Below are positions 24,601 through 36,292 of a stretch of DNA of 64,000 nt, piece by piece. Under the pieces are notes generated by a model, which searched no databases, was not told the DNA's origin, and saw only the letters and a list, made by a program, of their open reading frames with translations. Position numbers and translations under genes: made by a program. Position 1 is the stretch's first letter, and each line of letters begins with the position of its first letter. This stretch comes from Bugula neritina (taxonomy: Eukaryota; Animalia; Bryozoa), in the NCBI GenBank assembly GCA_964035545.1, contig OZ037768.1, positions 15,545,875 to 15,609,874 of the forward strand, in the 5' to 3' direction.

Positions 24601-26955
24601 TGTAAGGCCTCCTACCAGGGCACATCCTTGAATGACCATCTCCTGCAAGGCCCTGACCACATGAACTCCCTTGTAGGAATACTGTGCCGTTTTAGGAGAG
24701 AGTCTATAGCAATCAGTTGTGACATACAGCAAATGTTCTATAACTTTCTTGTCACATCCGATGACAGAGATTATCTCCGGTTCATTTGGCATGACCAACA
24801 TGGCCAACATCAAACCTTCAGAATGAAGGTGCATCTTTTCGGTGCAAAGTCCTCCCCTGGTGTTGCAACATATGGCTTGAGAAAAATCGCACAGGACCAC
24901 AGCTCTGTTTCCAATGCGGCCACAATGTTCATCAATCGTGACTTTTACGTCGATGATGGTATCACCAGTGTTGCCTCAGAAGGCGAAGCCATTGCTCTTA
25001 TAAATGCGGCTCGTGACATCTGCAGCAAGGGAAACTTGCGCTTACATAAGTTTGCATCTAACAGTGCAGAAGTTCTAGCTGCACTGCCAGAGTCTGAAAG
25101 ATCTGTTCAGAACAAAGAGTTAATGGAGTTACTACCTGAACAACGCACCTTGGGTTTACAATGGGCCATGGAATCAGACACGTTCAAGTTTATCAATCAA
25201 ATCCAGAACAGACAAAATACTAGACGGGGAATTTTATCAACAGTCAGTCAGTTATATGATCCATTAGGATTCCTGGCTCCATACACACTCCTAGGAAAAA
25301 ATATACTACAGCAGGTCAACAAGGCCAATCTGGATTGGGACGATCCAATTCCTGATACCTTAGCCGACAAATGGAGCAGCTGGATAGATCAGCTACCAGC
25401 CTTAGAACAAATCAGCATTCCAAGATGCTTGAAACCGAAGAATTACGGAGAAGTTGTAAGGCGTGAATTACACAACTTTTGCGATGCCAGTGAAGATGGA
25501 ATTGGTGCGTGCTCATACATACGCCAAACCAACAACAAAGGCAATGTGCAAGTCTCATTCTTGATAGGAAAGTCAAGAGTAATGCCATCTAAAGGACTTT
25601 TCACAATGCCTTGCTTAGAGCTTATGGGTGCTGTAATGGCTACTCATCTGAGTAAGATGCTTCACAAGGAGCTAGATATGAAGTTTGATGCAGAGTATTT
25701 TTGGTCAGACTCAGAAATTGTGTTAGGATGGATAGCCAACACCACGAAGAAATATCATCCTTTTGTCCACAATCGAGTACGGGCTATTACATCCACCACA
25801 GAAGAAAAGCAGTGGTACCATGTGCCTGGACCTTTAAATCCAGCCGACATCGCTTCTCGGGGTAAACCCTGCGATCAACTCTCCAATACAAGCTGGTTCT
25901 CAGGACCAGGCTTTCTCAAGGAGCCTACAATCACCCTTTTAAACCAAGAGCAAAATTTCATAAACAACCTTGATCCCCAAGATCCCGAGATAAAGAAAGC
26001 GAAAGTTATGCAAACCGCTATCAGACCAACTGGCATTATTGACAAATTTCTCAAGTTTTCCACCTGGTCAAAGCTTGTACGCTCTATCACAGTCATCCGA
26101 AGCATTCACCGCAATGAAAAGAAGACCTGGTGTGTTAAACAATGTTCTGCAGAGAGTCTCCATGAAGCTGAGACGAGAATTATCTCAGCCGTCCAGCAGA
26201 GCCACTACAAAGAGGACTACAGTACAGTAAAGCAAGGACAGCAATTGTCAAAATCTAAACCTCTTGCTAAACTTAACCCATTCATTGATGGAGCCGGCAT
26301 TATGCGTGTAGGTGGGAGGTTGCAGAGATCACAGGTGCTCAGCTATGAAGAGAAGCACCCCATAATTCTCCCTCGTGATGCACATGTAACGTCTCTAATA
26401 GTCCGGCACTATCACAACAGCATTTATCACCTAGGGAGAACATCTACACTAAGTGCAATTAGAACTGCAGGGTACTGGATTGTCGGAGCCACAAGACTTG
26501 TGAAGTCTATGTTGAGCAAATGCGTCACCTGCAACAGGCTGCGTGGCAAGCCTATTACCCAAATCATGTCAATGCTACCCACAGAAAGACTAAATCCAAC
26601 ACCACCATTTACAAAAATAGGCATAGACTGCTTCGGACCCTTTACCGTTAAAGACAGGCGGTCAGAAGTAAAAAGATGGGGCCTTCTTGTCACGTGCATG
26701 TACTCCCGAGGTGTGCATATAGAGTTGTTGCCGGATATGACAACAGATTCATTTCTGAATGCTTTAAGAACACTGATCTGCATCAGAGGAGCAATAAATA
26801 TGATTTACTGTGACAGAGGGACCAACTTTGTTGGAGCCGACAACGAGCTCACAAGAGAACTCCATGCAATGGAGTTCTCTTGTGAGCTCGTTGTTCCAGT
26901 TCAACGCGCCACATTCGAGCCATGCTGGGGGTGTTTGGGAACGCCAAATTCGTAG
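21688..26955 (+). CDS. BEL/Pao Gag-Pol polyprotein (Gag, 3 zinc knuckles, aspartic protease, RT, RNase H, N-terminal integrase); goes out of frame at ~26870-26895
   Basis: CLYCHQKGHIMTEC / CYICARPGHMATNC / CRKCKRPGHATCLH; AFLDSAS; WYIPHFAV..KLRVVFD; HLFGAKSSP; FYVDD; LHNFCDAS; NPADIASRG; integrase H2C2; GIDCFGP; CDRGTNFVGA. Confidence 0.95.
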   Translation: MAKANVSLLDLDDYSDKNLAAPLIQPVSNKSCTSNAKGEIVAPTKTRPVRTIKVSNLGKESQKNELAFSLYAAINRELRAVDVIFKRCRNDVYMLDTLDTCVAEIETKAESITSDYAKLLQLSDNKVETKIEKHFESFIGEVGKITKKILEIRQGMAIQEEKCKEQEELASKQKLLEDKQRKFEEYLAEREKVQLVEEQAQQLQMAAAESTPLNRNSVRDEKNLEVHVIRTNPIDLWSAPTTPPNTDVKPRDNLQYLSGNEKANHAFKTSQSSDDSIRQLTNKIAQGIKLTRKADIEPDIFKGNTLEFDDWECDFDSYLTSMGIEEGLERLRYLKKYVDGPAKECISGHFLIRTEHSYYKARQKLSSRYGNKLDVARSMKNALDSWKKIATDDHQALQKYADYLESCRNAMSSVSRLTSLDDEHTNEKLARVLPDWAHKKWVAVVHRLQKTEMRYPKFSEFSLFVDDLAEMCSLPLMQNTERNEKRRPNTKSFMTNTASAQEPRKCLYCHQKGHIMTECFKLCEKPYSQRMKFVTSEMLCYICARPGHMATNCFYNDKQICRKCKRPGHATCLHKTKEDWNEENQGTKHERPRKYASQQPSSMQQSGEHEMKRSDIQVAPSNCLTTQTSNMITSAAEWPDSRSPPSAQDNKDQTKLSSKNTRTPSHNKIFNMGMPVYVSTTANPKAKILVYAFLDSASDHSYITKDLAKKLKPRQLGRKSVEVETMIGEVQKEEVNIFGDMLIKGYYGGEVALSSAYEWNETPNSTGEFANHTNILQQPHLSHLASKLAPPMNIPVGLLIGANCTMASFPLEAVKGDGNMPYALRTELGWAVFGVAKSSHTKQKVHATCLTFDDNDDSCLLSQEDYKFVEILDSQTTISESGNYMMPLPFKERPTLPNNFQQAKRRLEGLEKRFMKDPELKTDYEKFMNELLEQDLAEPVDDNSGANGERWYIPHFAVKHPQKNKLRVVFDCKASYQGTSLNDHLLQGPDHMNSLVGILCRFRRESIAISCDIQQMFYNFLVTSDDRDYLRFIWHDQHGQHQTFRMKVHLFGAKSSPGVATYGLRKIAQDHSSVSNAATMFINRDFYVDDGITSVASEGEAIALINAARDICSKGNLRLHKFASNSAEVLAALPESERSVQNKELMELLPEQRTLGLQWAMESDTFKFINQIQNRQNTRRGILSTVSQLYDPLGFLAPYTLLGKNILQQVNKANLDWDDPIPDTLADKWSSWIDQLPALEQISIPRCLKPKNYGEVVRRELHNFCDASEDGIGACSYIRQTNNKGNVQVSFLIGKSRVMPSKGLFTMPCLELMGAVMATHLSKMLHKELDMKFDAEYFWSDSEIVLGWIANTTKKYHPFVHNRVRAITSTTEEKQWYHVPGPLNPADIASRGKPCDQLSNTSWFSGPGFLKEPTITLLNQEQNFINNLDPQDPEIKKAKVMQTAIRPTGIIDKFLKFSTWSKLVRSITVIRSIHRNEKKTWCVKQCSAESLHEAETRIISAVQQSHYKEDYSTVKQGQQLSKSKPLAKLNPFIDGAGIMRVGGRLQRSQVLSYEEKHPIILPRDAHVTSLIVRHYHNSIYHLGRTSTLSAIRTAGYWIVGATRLVKSMLSKCVTCNRLRGKPITQIMSMLPTERLNPTPPFTKIGIDCFGPFTVKDRRSEVKRWGLLVTCMYSRGVHIELLPDMTTDSFLNALRTLICIRGAINMIYCDRGTNFVGADNELTRELHAMEFSCELVVPVQRATFEPCWGCLGTPNS
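26840..26894. repeat. Perfect 26-bp-arm inverted repeat (3-nt loop) at the integrase frameshift
   Basis: ACAACGAGCTCACAAGAGAACTCCAT-GCA-ATGGAGTTCTCTTGTGAGCTCGTTGT. Confidence 0.95.
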
Positions 26956-27493
26956 TGTGCGATCTGTATTGGAAGGTATGAAATCTACAGGTAAGTACAA
27001 CAGGCTGGATACACTGGGGCTCCGTACTGCCTTCTATGAGGCAATGGCTACGGTCAATAGCCGACCATTGGCGATAAACAGCTTGAACGACCCTGAGGCA
27101 CCTATACTCACTCCAAATCATCTATTCACATCAAAATCAAGACAGATAGGACCCCCACCAGGAAAATTTGAGACCACCGAGATCTATGGAAGAAAAATGT
27201 GGAGAAAGGCTCAACAGTTTGCTGAAGAATTCTGGAGACTATGGAAAGTTGAATACATGCAGCAGATTACAAAGCGACAAAGGTGGGAGAACCAAACACG
27301 TGATGTTCATACAGGAGATCTAGTCATGCTTATAGAAGAGAACGTATTGCGAAATGAATGGCCCTATGGATTGGTCAAGGAAACGTTGAGAAGTGCTGAT
27401 GGCAGGGTCAGAAGAGTGAAAGTAAAGACTAACGCTGGGACAACACTAGAGCGTCCGATACAGAAGCTAGTGCTGCTACAGGAGCAAGAGTAA
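26895..27493 (+). CDS. C-terminal half of BEL integrase in the +1 frame
   Basis: FQFNAPHSSHAGGVWERQIRSVR (catalytic E), VNSRPL, LTPNHL, FWRLWKVEY, GDLV, ERPIQKLVLL: the canonical BEL integrase C-terminus. Confidence 0.9.
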
Positions 27494-27685
27494 TTATAGT
27501 AGCTAGCGACATCCAACTGCCACTGTACGAGGATTACAGTGCATAGTTATAATATCCATATTTTATAATAGCCATTATATAGTTTTGTCATTTTTATAAA
27601 AAAAAAAATAATAATAAAAAAAATATAAATAAATAAATAAAAGCTAAAATAAAATTGTAAATTCTCTTTTAATTTTTGTAAAATT

Positions 27686-27695
27686 AAGGTGGGAG
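27686..27695 (+). promoter_or_regulatory. Polypurine tract
   Basis: AAGGTGGGAG abuts the TG of the 3' LTR. Confidence 0.8.
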
Positions 27696-28493
27696 TGTAG
27701 CAGTAGCTGGCAGCATGTTTACATGCACACTGTGTGTATGCGTGTTTCCTAGTCAATCGTCATAGCATATTAATAGCCCCTAAACAAAACAATAAATTCC
27801 TACAACTGCGCAGCAAAAGCCACAATCAATGAATCAAGTGTATTGCAAAAGCCTAAGACAACAAATCTGCCAGAATATTTCTGTTCCCTTATTTGGAATT
27901 ACTTGGGGCTGGTGGTGCAATTTGGGTGACCAATGAGATCTGGAACACATCATTTTTGTTTATTTGTTTTTTGTGTATTATTCTGCTGCTGTTGGAAAGC
28001 ATTGGTTATCCTGATCAGTTTCAATTAGTAGAGCCAAAGAGCAAGTTATACTACTAATAATTTTACATTAAACAAGATACATATTACTAACTATTGAAAC
28101 CTAAGAGCAGAAGCTGTATTATCAAGTTATCAGAGAAGCGCTAAAGGTTTGTCTGCTATTAATTTTTCTAATGTTGTAATATCAATACATTTAGCTTATA
28201 TTATACGAAGTGGTTTATAGCTGACATTATTTTTAGTGAAGTATTATGCAGTAATATTTTGCTTACTTTAATCATTTTTATGTGTGTTATTTCCTTACAG
28301 TTCTTATTTTCTTGTACTTTATTTAGCCTTATATTGTGTGTATTTTATTTAGATTTCACGGTGTAGCTTTGTGAGCAAAAGTGTTATAAGTTGGAATAAA
28401 ATACTAATAACTACACTCACAAGACATCAGTTGAATTCCTAAACCTACTCTGATAAGCTTGCGGTTACTAGCAGACCTAACAAAACTGCTACA
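27696..28493 (+). repeat. 3' LTR of BEL/Pao element (798 bp)
   Basis: Near-identical to 20083-20879 and followed by TSD GTACC. Confidence 0.96.
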
Positions 28494-31400
28494 GTACCTA
28501 TTAGTGCCCAGTAGTTCTGATACGGCCCAATAGTGCTAATAGTAGATCTAGTGTGCTTAAAAGTGCCCAAATGTCCTAAAACATGCCAAAATGTGCTAAA
28601 TTGAGCGAAATATGGTAATAGTACCAATAAGTGCCTAGAGGTTCTGAAATGCGCACAAGAGTTCTAAAACTAGAACAAGTGTGCTCAACAGTGCCCAAAT
28701 GTCCTAAAACATGCACAAATGTGCTAAAACATGCCCAAATGTGCTAACTCGAGCCAAATATACTAATAGTATCATTAAGCGCATAGAGGTTCTGAAAGGT
28801 GCCCAATAGTGCTGATAGTAGAACTAGTGCGCTTGACAGCGCACAAATGTGCTAAAACATGCCCAAATGTGCTAAATTGAGCTAAATATGCTAATAATAC
28901 CAATAAGTGCCCAAAAGTTCTGAAATGGCCCAATAGTGCTATTAGTAGAACTTGTGTTCCTAACAGTGCCCAAATGTCCTAAAACAATCCCCACTGTGCT
29001 AAAACATGCCCAAATGTGCTAAATTTAGCCAAATACATTTATAGCACCAATAATCGCCCAGAGGTTCTGAATCGTGCCCAATAGTGCTAATAGTAGAACT
29101 AGTGTGCTTAACAGTGCCCAAATGTCCTGAAACATGCCAAAATGTGCTAAATTGAGCAAAACATGCTGATACACAGGATAGTTAAGGGCAACCTTTTAGC
29201 TGCAACTGCCTTGCTGAGGTTTGCATTGTAATCATATAAGAATTCAGTACCAGTAAAATAAAATCTCACCTAATTGTGCTAGAGTCAAAATTTAAAAACT
29301 ATGTTGTAGATCTTCTTTTTCTCCAGTGTAAGTTTTTTGGAAATTTCAATTTTCATTTTTTATGCGAAGTTATAGACAAAAAACTGCCGAATTTTGGCCA
29401 ATTTTGCCTGAAAAGCTGACTTTTCAGTACCAGTAAAATATCTCAGCAGCAAAGCATGATATCTGAATAAAAATTGCACTGCTGGAATCCTGCGATATTT
29501 CTCCAGTGTAAGTTTTTTTCTTTTTTCAATAACTCTGCTAGATTGCTCATAAATTGGTGATTTATACACTGAAAATGCCATATTTTCTCATAAGAAACTA
29601 GCAGCGCGCAGCACTTCACGCTTCACTGAGCACGTAGGGATGAGAAGATATTGGCGCCTACATAATAATTACAGGCTAGCTAGCTGGCAGGCTATAATGA
29701 ATAGCTTGCTTTGTACTTTGTTTATGTAGCACCAATAATGGAATGTTGATAGATAACGCAGCCCTAACGAAGGTTGCTGCTTATTGGTTGTAGTTTAATC
29801 TTAGGCTAAACGATTACAAGTAGGCAACACGCATGCCACCCGCAGAGCAATATTATTCAAGAACCTAAACTACATTTTGAGAGAAATTTATGATATTCTT
29901 AGTGAGGATGCCCTTAACTATCCTGTGTTGATAGTACCTATTAGTGCCCAGAATTTCTGAAACGTGCCCGATAGTGCTAAAACTAGAGCAAGTGTGCTCA
30001 ACAGTGCCCAAATGTCCTAAAACATGCCCAAATATACTAAATTGAGCCTAATTGGGTAATAGTACCAAAAAGTGCCCAGAGGTTCTGAATCGTGCCCAAT
30101 AGTGCTAATAATCGAACTAGTCTGCTTAACAGTGCCCAAATATCCTAAAACATTCCCCACTCTGCTAAAACATGCCGAAATGTACTAAATTGAGCCTAAT
30201 TGGGTAATAGTACCAATAAGTGCCCAGAGGTTCTGAAACGTGCCCAATAGTGCTGATAGAAGAACTAGTTCGCTTAACAGTGCCCAAATGTCCTGAAACA
30301 TTCCCAAATGTACTAAATTGAGCCAAATATGCTAATAGTACCTATTGGTGCCCAGTAGTTCTGATACGGCCGAATAGTGCCAAAACTAGAACAAGTGGGC
30401 TTAACAGTGCCAAAACCTGCTAAAACATGCCCAAATGTGCTAAAATGAGCCAATTGTGCTGATAGTACCTATTAGTGCCCAGAGGTTCTGATACAGCACA
30501 ATAGTGCGAAAACTAGAACAAGTGTGCTTAACAGTGCCAAAACCTGCTAAGACATGCCCAAATGTGCTAAAATGAGCCAATTGTGCTAACAGTACCTATT
30601 ACTGCCCAGAAGTTTTGAAACATGCCGAGTAGTGCTGAAACTAGAACAAGTGTGCTCAACAGTGCCCAATTGGGGTAAAACGTGCCCAAATATACTAAAT
30701 TGAGCCAAATATGTTGATAGTACCAATAAGTGCCCAGAGGTTCTGAAAGGTACCCAATAGTGCTAATAATAGATCTAGTGTGCTTAAAAGTGCCCAAATG
30801 TCCTAAAACATGCCAAAATGTGCTAAACTGAGCGAAATATGGTAATAGTACCAATAAGTGCCCAGAGGTTCTGAAAAGTGCCCAATAGTGCTGATAGTAG
30901 AACAAGTGTGCTCGACAGTGCCCAAATATCCTAAAACATTCCCCACTCTGCTAAAACATGCCCAAATGTACTAAATTGAGCCTAATTGGGTAATAGTGCC
31001 AATAAGTGCCCAGAGGTTCAGAAACGTGCCCAATCGTGCTGATAGAAGAACTAGTTCGCTTAACAGTCCCCAAATGCCTTGAAACATGCCAAAATGTGCT
31101 AAATTGAACAAAACATGCTGATAGTACTTATTAGTGCCCAGAAGTTCTGAAACGTGCCCAATAGTGCTAAAACTAGAACAAGTGTGCTCAACAGTGCCCA
31201 AATTTACTAAAACATGCCAAAATATACTAAATTGAGCCTAATTGGGTAATAGTACCAATAAGTGCCCAGAGGTTCTGAAAGGTGCCCAATAGTACTGATA
31301 GTAGAACTTGTGCGCTTGACAGTGCACAAATGTGCTAAAACATTCCCAAATGTGCTAAATTGAGCTAAATATGTCAATAATACCAATAAGTGCCCAGAGG

Positions 31401-33080
31401 TTCTGAAGCGTGCCCAATATTGCTGATAGTAGAACTGGTGTGCTTAACAGTGCCCAAATGTGCTAAAAGCTTTACCAATGTTTTAAAACATGCCAAAATG
31501 TATTAGTGAGCCAATTATGCTAATAACACCAATAAGTGCCCAGAGGTTCTGAATCGTGCCCAATAGTGCTAATAGTAGAACTAGTGTTCTTAACACTGCC
31601 CAAATGTCCTAAAACAATCCCCACTGTGCTAAAACATGCCCAAATGTGCTAAATTTAGCCAAATACATTTATAGCACCAATAATCGCTCAGAAGTTCTGA
31701 ATCGTGCCCAATAGTGCTAATAGTAGAACTAGTCTGCTTAACAGTGCCCAAATGTCCTGAAACATGCCAAAATGTGCTAAGTTGAGCAAAACATGCTGAT
31801 AGTACCTATTAGTGCCCAGAATTTCTGAAACATGCCAGATAGTGCTAAAACTAGAGCAAGTGTGCTCAACAGTGCCCAAATTAGCTAAAACATGCCCAAA
31901 TGTACTAAATTGAGCCTAATTGGGCAATAGTACCTATTAGTGCCAAGTAGTTCTGATACGGCCCAATAGTGCTTATAGTAAATCTAGTGTGCTTAAAAGT
32001 GCCCAAATGTCCTAAAACATGCCAAAATGTGCTAAATTGAGCGAAATATGGTAATAGTACCAATAAGTGCCTAGAGGTTTTGAAATGCGCACAAGAGTTC
32101 TAAAACTAGAACAAGGGTGCTCAACAGTGCCCAAATTAACTAAAACATGCCAAAATATACTAAATTGAGCCTAATTGGGTATTAGTACCAATAAGTGCCC
32201 AGAGGTTCTGACAGGTGCCCAATAGTACTGATAGTAGAACTTGTGCGCTTGACACTGCACAAATGTGCTAAAACATTCCCAAATGTGCTAAATTGAGCTA
32301 AATATGTCAATAATACCAATAAGTGCCCAGAGGTTCTGAAACGTGCCCAATAGTGCTGAAAGTAAAACTAGTGTGCTTACCAGTGCCCAAATCTGCGAAA
32401 ACATTCCTAAATTGGTTAAAACATGCCCAAATGTACTAAATTGAGCCATATATGCTAATAGTACCATTAAGTGCCCAGAAGTTCTGAAAGGTGCCCAATA
32501 GTGCTGATAGTAGAACTAGTGCGCTTAACAGTGCACAAATGTGCTAAAACATGCCAAAATCTGCTAAAACACACCTAAATGTGCTAAAATGAGCCAAGTG
32601 TGCTAATAGTACCTATTAGTGCCCAGAAGTTCTGAAACGTGCCCAATAGTGCTAATAGTAGGACTAGTGTGCCAATCAGTGCCCAGATCTGCTAAAACAT
32701 GCCGAAATGCGCTAAATTGAGCCAATTGTGCTAATATTACGTATTGGTGCCCAGAAGTTCTGAAACGAGCCCAATAGTGCAAATAGTAGAACTAGTGTGC
32801 TTAACAGTAGCCAAATGTGCTTAAAGATTCCCCAATGTGTTAAAACATGCCCAAATGTACTAAATTAAGCCAAATATGCTAATAGTACCGATAAGTGCCC
32901 AGAAGTTCTGAAACGTACCCAATAGTGCTGATAGTAGAACTAGTGTGCTTAACACTGCCCAGATGTGCTAAAACGTGCCAAAATGTGCTCAATTGAGCCC
33001 AACATGCTAGTAGTACCAAGTGCCCAGAGTTTCTAAAACGTGCTCAATAATGCTAAAACTAGAACAAGTGTGCTCAACAG
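28494..33080. repeat. Satellite A, more diverged edge portion
   Basis: Same monomer resumes in register after the TSD; private substitutions increase toward 33 kb. Confidence 0.95.
29171..29928. mobile_element. Non-autonomous TIR DNA transposon (758 bp), superfamily unassigned
   Basis: TIR ACACAGGATAGTTAAGGGCA(A/T)CCT, 24 bp with 1 mismatch; 4-bp TSD TGAT (29167-29170, 29929-29932); removal restores the satellite monomer; no transposase ORF. Confidence 0.9.
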
Positions 33081-33629
33081 TGCCCAAATGTGCCCTAATG
33101 TGCTAAAAGTTGCCTAAATGTGCTAAAAAGTGCCATAATGCACTGAAACGCGCCCAAAAGTACTGCAATGAGCTGAATACGCAGTTAGTTCACTAATGTG
33201 CTTAAAAATGCCCAAATGTGCTTACAATTGCCAAAATGTGCTAAACTGTGCCATAATGCACTAAAACGCGCCCAAAAATACTGCAATGAGCTAAATACAC
33301 AATTAGTTCACTAATATGCTAAAAATGCCTAAATGTGCTTAAAAGTGCTGAAATGTGCTAAAAAGTGCCATAATGCACTAAAACGTGCCCAAAAGTTTTG
33401 CAATGAGCTAAATACGCAGTTAGTTCACTAATGTGCTAAAAAGTGCCTAATTGTGCTGAAAAGTGCCTAAATGTGCTAAAAATTGCCATAATGCACTAAA
33501 GCGCGCCCAAAAGTACTGCAATGAGCTAAATATGCAATCAGTTCACTAATGTGCTGAAAATGCCTAAATGTGCTTAAAAGTGCCGAAATGTGCTAAAAGA
33601 TGCCATAATGAACTGAAACGCGTCCAAGA
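33081..33629. repeat. Transitional ~116-120-bp tandem repeat x~4.5 related to satellite A
   Basis: TGCCATAATGCACT(G/A)AAACGCGCCCAAAAGTACTGCAATGAGCT...TTAGTTCACTAAT recurs near 33131, 33249, 33366, 33484 and 33601. Confidence 0.85.
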
Positions 33630-36292
33630 CAATGAAAGATTCTGTAACATGCTGAAATACATTCTTACAGTCCGTAATATATTCTTGAACGCTGAAATAT
33701 ACTTTACCATGCTGAAACATACTCTAACATTCTGAAATATACTAAGACACGTGAAATACATTGTAACATGCTGAAATATACTGTCCCATACTGAAATATA
33801 CTGCAACATACCGAAACATATTGCAACATACCGAAATATACTTTAACACATTGAACTACACTGTAACAGACTGAAATATACTGTAACATCCTGAAATATG
33901 CTGTAACATACTGAAATGGACAGCAACATACCGAAGTATGCTGCTACATACCGAAATATACTGCACCATCCTAAAATATACTGCAACACACTGAAAAAAA
34001 CTGCAACATACTGAAATACACTGCAACATGCACAATTATTCTTCAGCGTACCGAAATATGCTGCAACATACCGAAATATACTGTATTTTACCTGAATCTA
34101 CTGTAAGATATTGAAACATAAGGTAACATACTGAAATATGCTGCAAAATACTGAAATATTCTGTAACACGCTGAAATATACTGCCACATGCTGAAATATA
34201 CTGTAACATACTGTAATACACTGTAACAAACTGAAATTTACTGCAACAAGCCGAAACATATCGCAACATACCGAAATATACTTTAACATGTTGAAATATA
34301 CTGTAACGTAGTCAAATTTGCTGCAAGACACTGAAAGATTCTGTAACATGCTGAAATACACTGCAACATGCTGAAAGATAGTCTAACATGCTGAAATATG
34401 CTGTTACATACTGAAATATACTGTAACATGTTGAAATATACTGTAACATACTGAAATATACTTTAACATACTGAAATACACTGCAACATGCACAATTATT
34501 ATTCTTCAAGGACCAAAATATGCTGCAACATACCGTAATATACTGCAACATTCTGAAATATACTGTATTATACCTAAATCTACTGTAATATATTGAAACA
34601 TAAGGTAACATACTGAAATATGCTGCAAAATACTGAAAGATTCTGTAACATGCTGAATGATACTGTAACATACTGAAATATATTGTAACACACTGTAATA
34701 TATTCGTACACACTGAAATTTGTTGTACCATGCTAAAACATACTGTAACATGCTGAAATATACTGTATTATACTGCAATACTTTGTTACATGCTGAAGTA
34801 TACTGTAACATACTGAAATATGCTGTAACATGCATAAATATACTGTAACATACTGGAATATACTGCAGCATACCGAAATATACTGTAACTTACCGAAATA
34901 TACTGTAACATGTTGGAACATACTGCAACATACCGAAACATATCACGACATACCGAAATATACTGCAACATGCTGAAATATAATCTAACATACCTAAATC
35001 TACTGCAATATATTAAAACATAATGTGACATACTGAAATATGCTGCAAGACACTGAAAAGTTCTGTAACATGCTGAAATATATTGCAGCATGCTGAAGTA
35101 TACTCTAACATAATGAAATATACTGCAACATATTGAAATATACTGTAACATATTGAAATATACTGTAACATATTGAAATATACTTTCACCTACTGAAATA
35201 TACTGTAACATTCTGCAAGATATTCTAACAGACTGAAATATACTGTAACATTCTATAATATACTGTAACATACTGAAGTACATTGTAACATGCTGAAATA
35301 TACCGTAACATACTGAAATATGCTGCAACATACATAAATATACCGTAACATACTGTAATATACTGTAACATGATAAATTATTCTGCAACAAACCGAAATA
35401 TACTGCAACATACCGAAATATACTTCAACATGCCGAAATACACTCTAACATATCTTAATTCACTGAAACATAATGTAACATACAGAAATGTGCTGCAAGA
35501 CACTGAAAGATTCTGTAACATGCTGAAATATAGTGTTATAACACAAAAATATATACTGTAACATGCTGATATATACTCCAACACACTAAAATGGTCAGCA
35601 ACATACCGAAATATACTGCAACATACTGAAATATACTGCAATTTCTTAAAATATACCGCAATAAATTGAAACAAACTGCAACATACTGAAATACACTGCA
35701 ACATACTGAAATATACGGCAACATACTGAAATAGATTGTAACATACTGTAATATATCCTTACACACTGAAATATGTCCTTAAACGCTGAAATATACTTTA
35801 CCATGCTGAAACATACTCTAACATTCTGAAATATACTAAGACACACTGAAATACATTGTAACATGCTGAGATAAACCGTAACACACTGAAATATACTTTA
35901 ACATACTGAACTATACTGTATCAAAAAGTAAGACATTTCAACAGACTGAAATATACTGTAACATCCTGAAATACACTGTAACATACTGATATATACAGCA
36001 ATATACTGAAATTTACTGTAACGTACTGAAATGGACCGCGACACACCGAAAAATACTGCAACATACCGAACATACTGCAACATCCTAAAATTTATTGCAA
36101 CACACTGAAAACACTGCAACATAATGAAATACACTGCAACATACTGAAATATGCTGCAAAATACTGAAAGATTCTGTAACATGCTGAATAATACTGCAAC
36201 ATCCTGAAATATGCTGTAACATACTGAAATCTATTGTAACACACTGTAATATATTCGTACACACTGAAATGTACTGTACCATGCTAAAACAA

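Larger units (their letters stand above)
20083..28493 (+). mobile_element. Full-length BEL/Pao LTR retrotransposon inserted in satellite A
   Basis: Paired LTRs TGTAGCAGT...ACTGCTACA; 5-bp TSD GTACC at 20078-20082 and 28494-28498; single gag-pol with BEL domain order (triple CCHC, PR, RT, RNase H, IN); PPT before 3' LTR. Confidence 0.97.

Noticed and set aside
22032-27121. Antisense and alternate-frame ORFs within BEL gag-pol
   Set aside because: Short shadows of the long coding frame with no recognisable motifs.
27590-27685. A-rich tract as the poly(A) tail of an inserted retrocopy or an env gene region
   Set aside because: No TSD or ORF; it is simply the AT-rich 3' UTR before the PPT.
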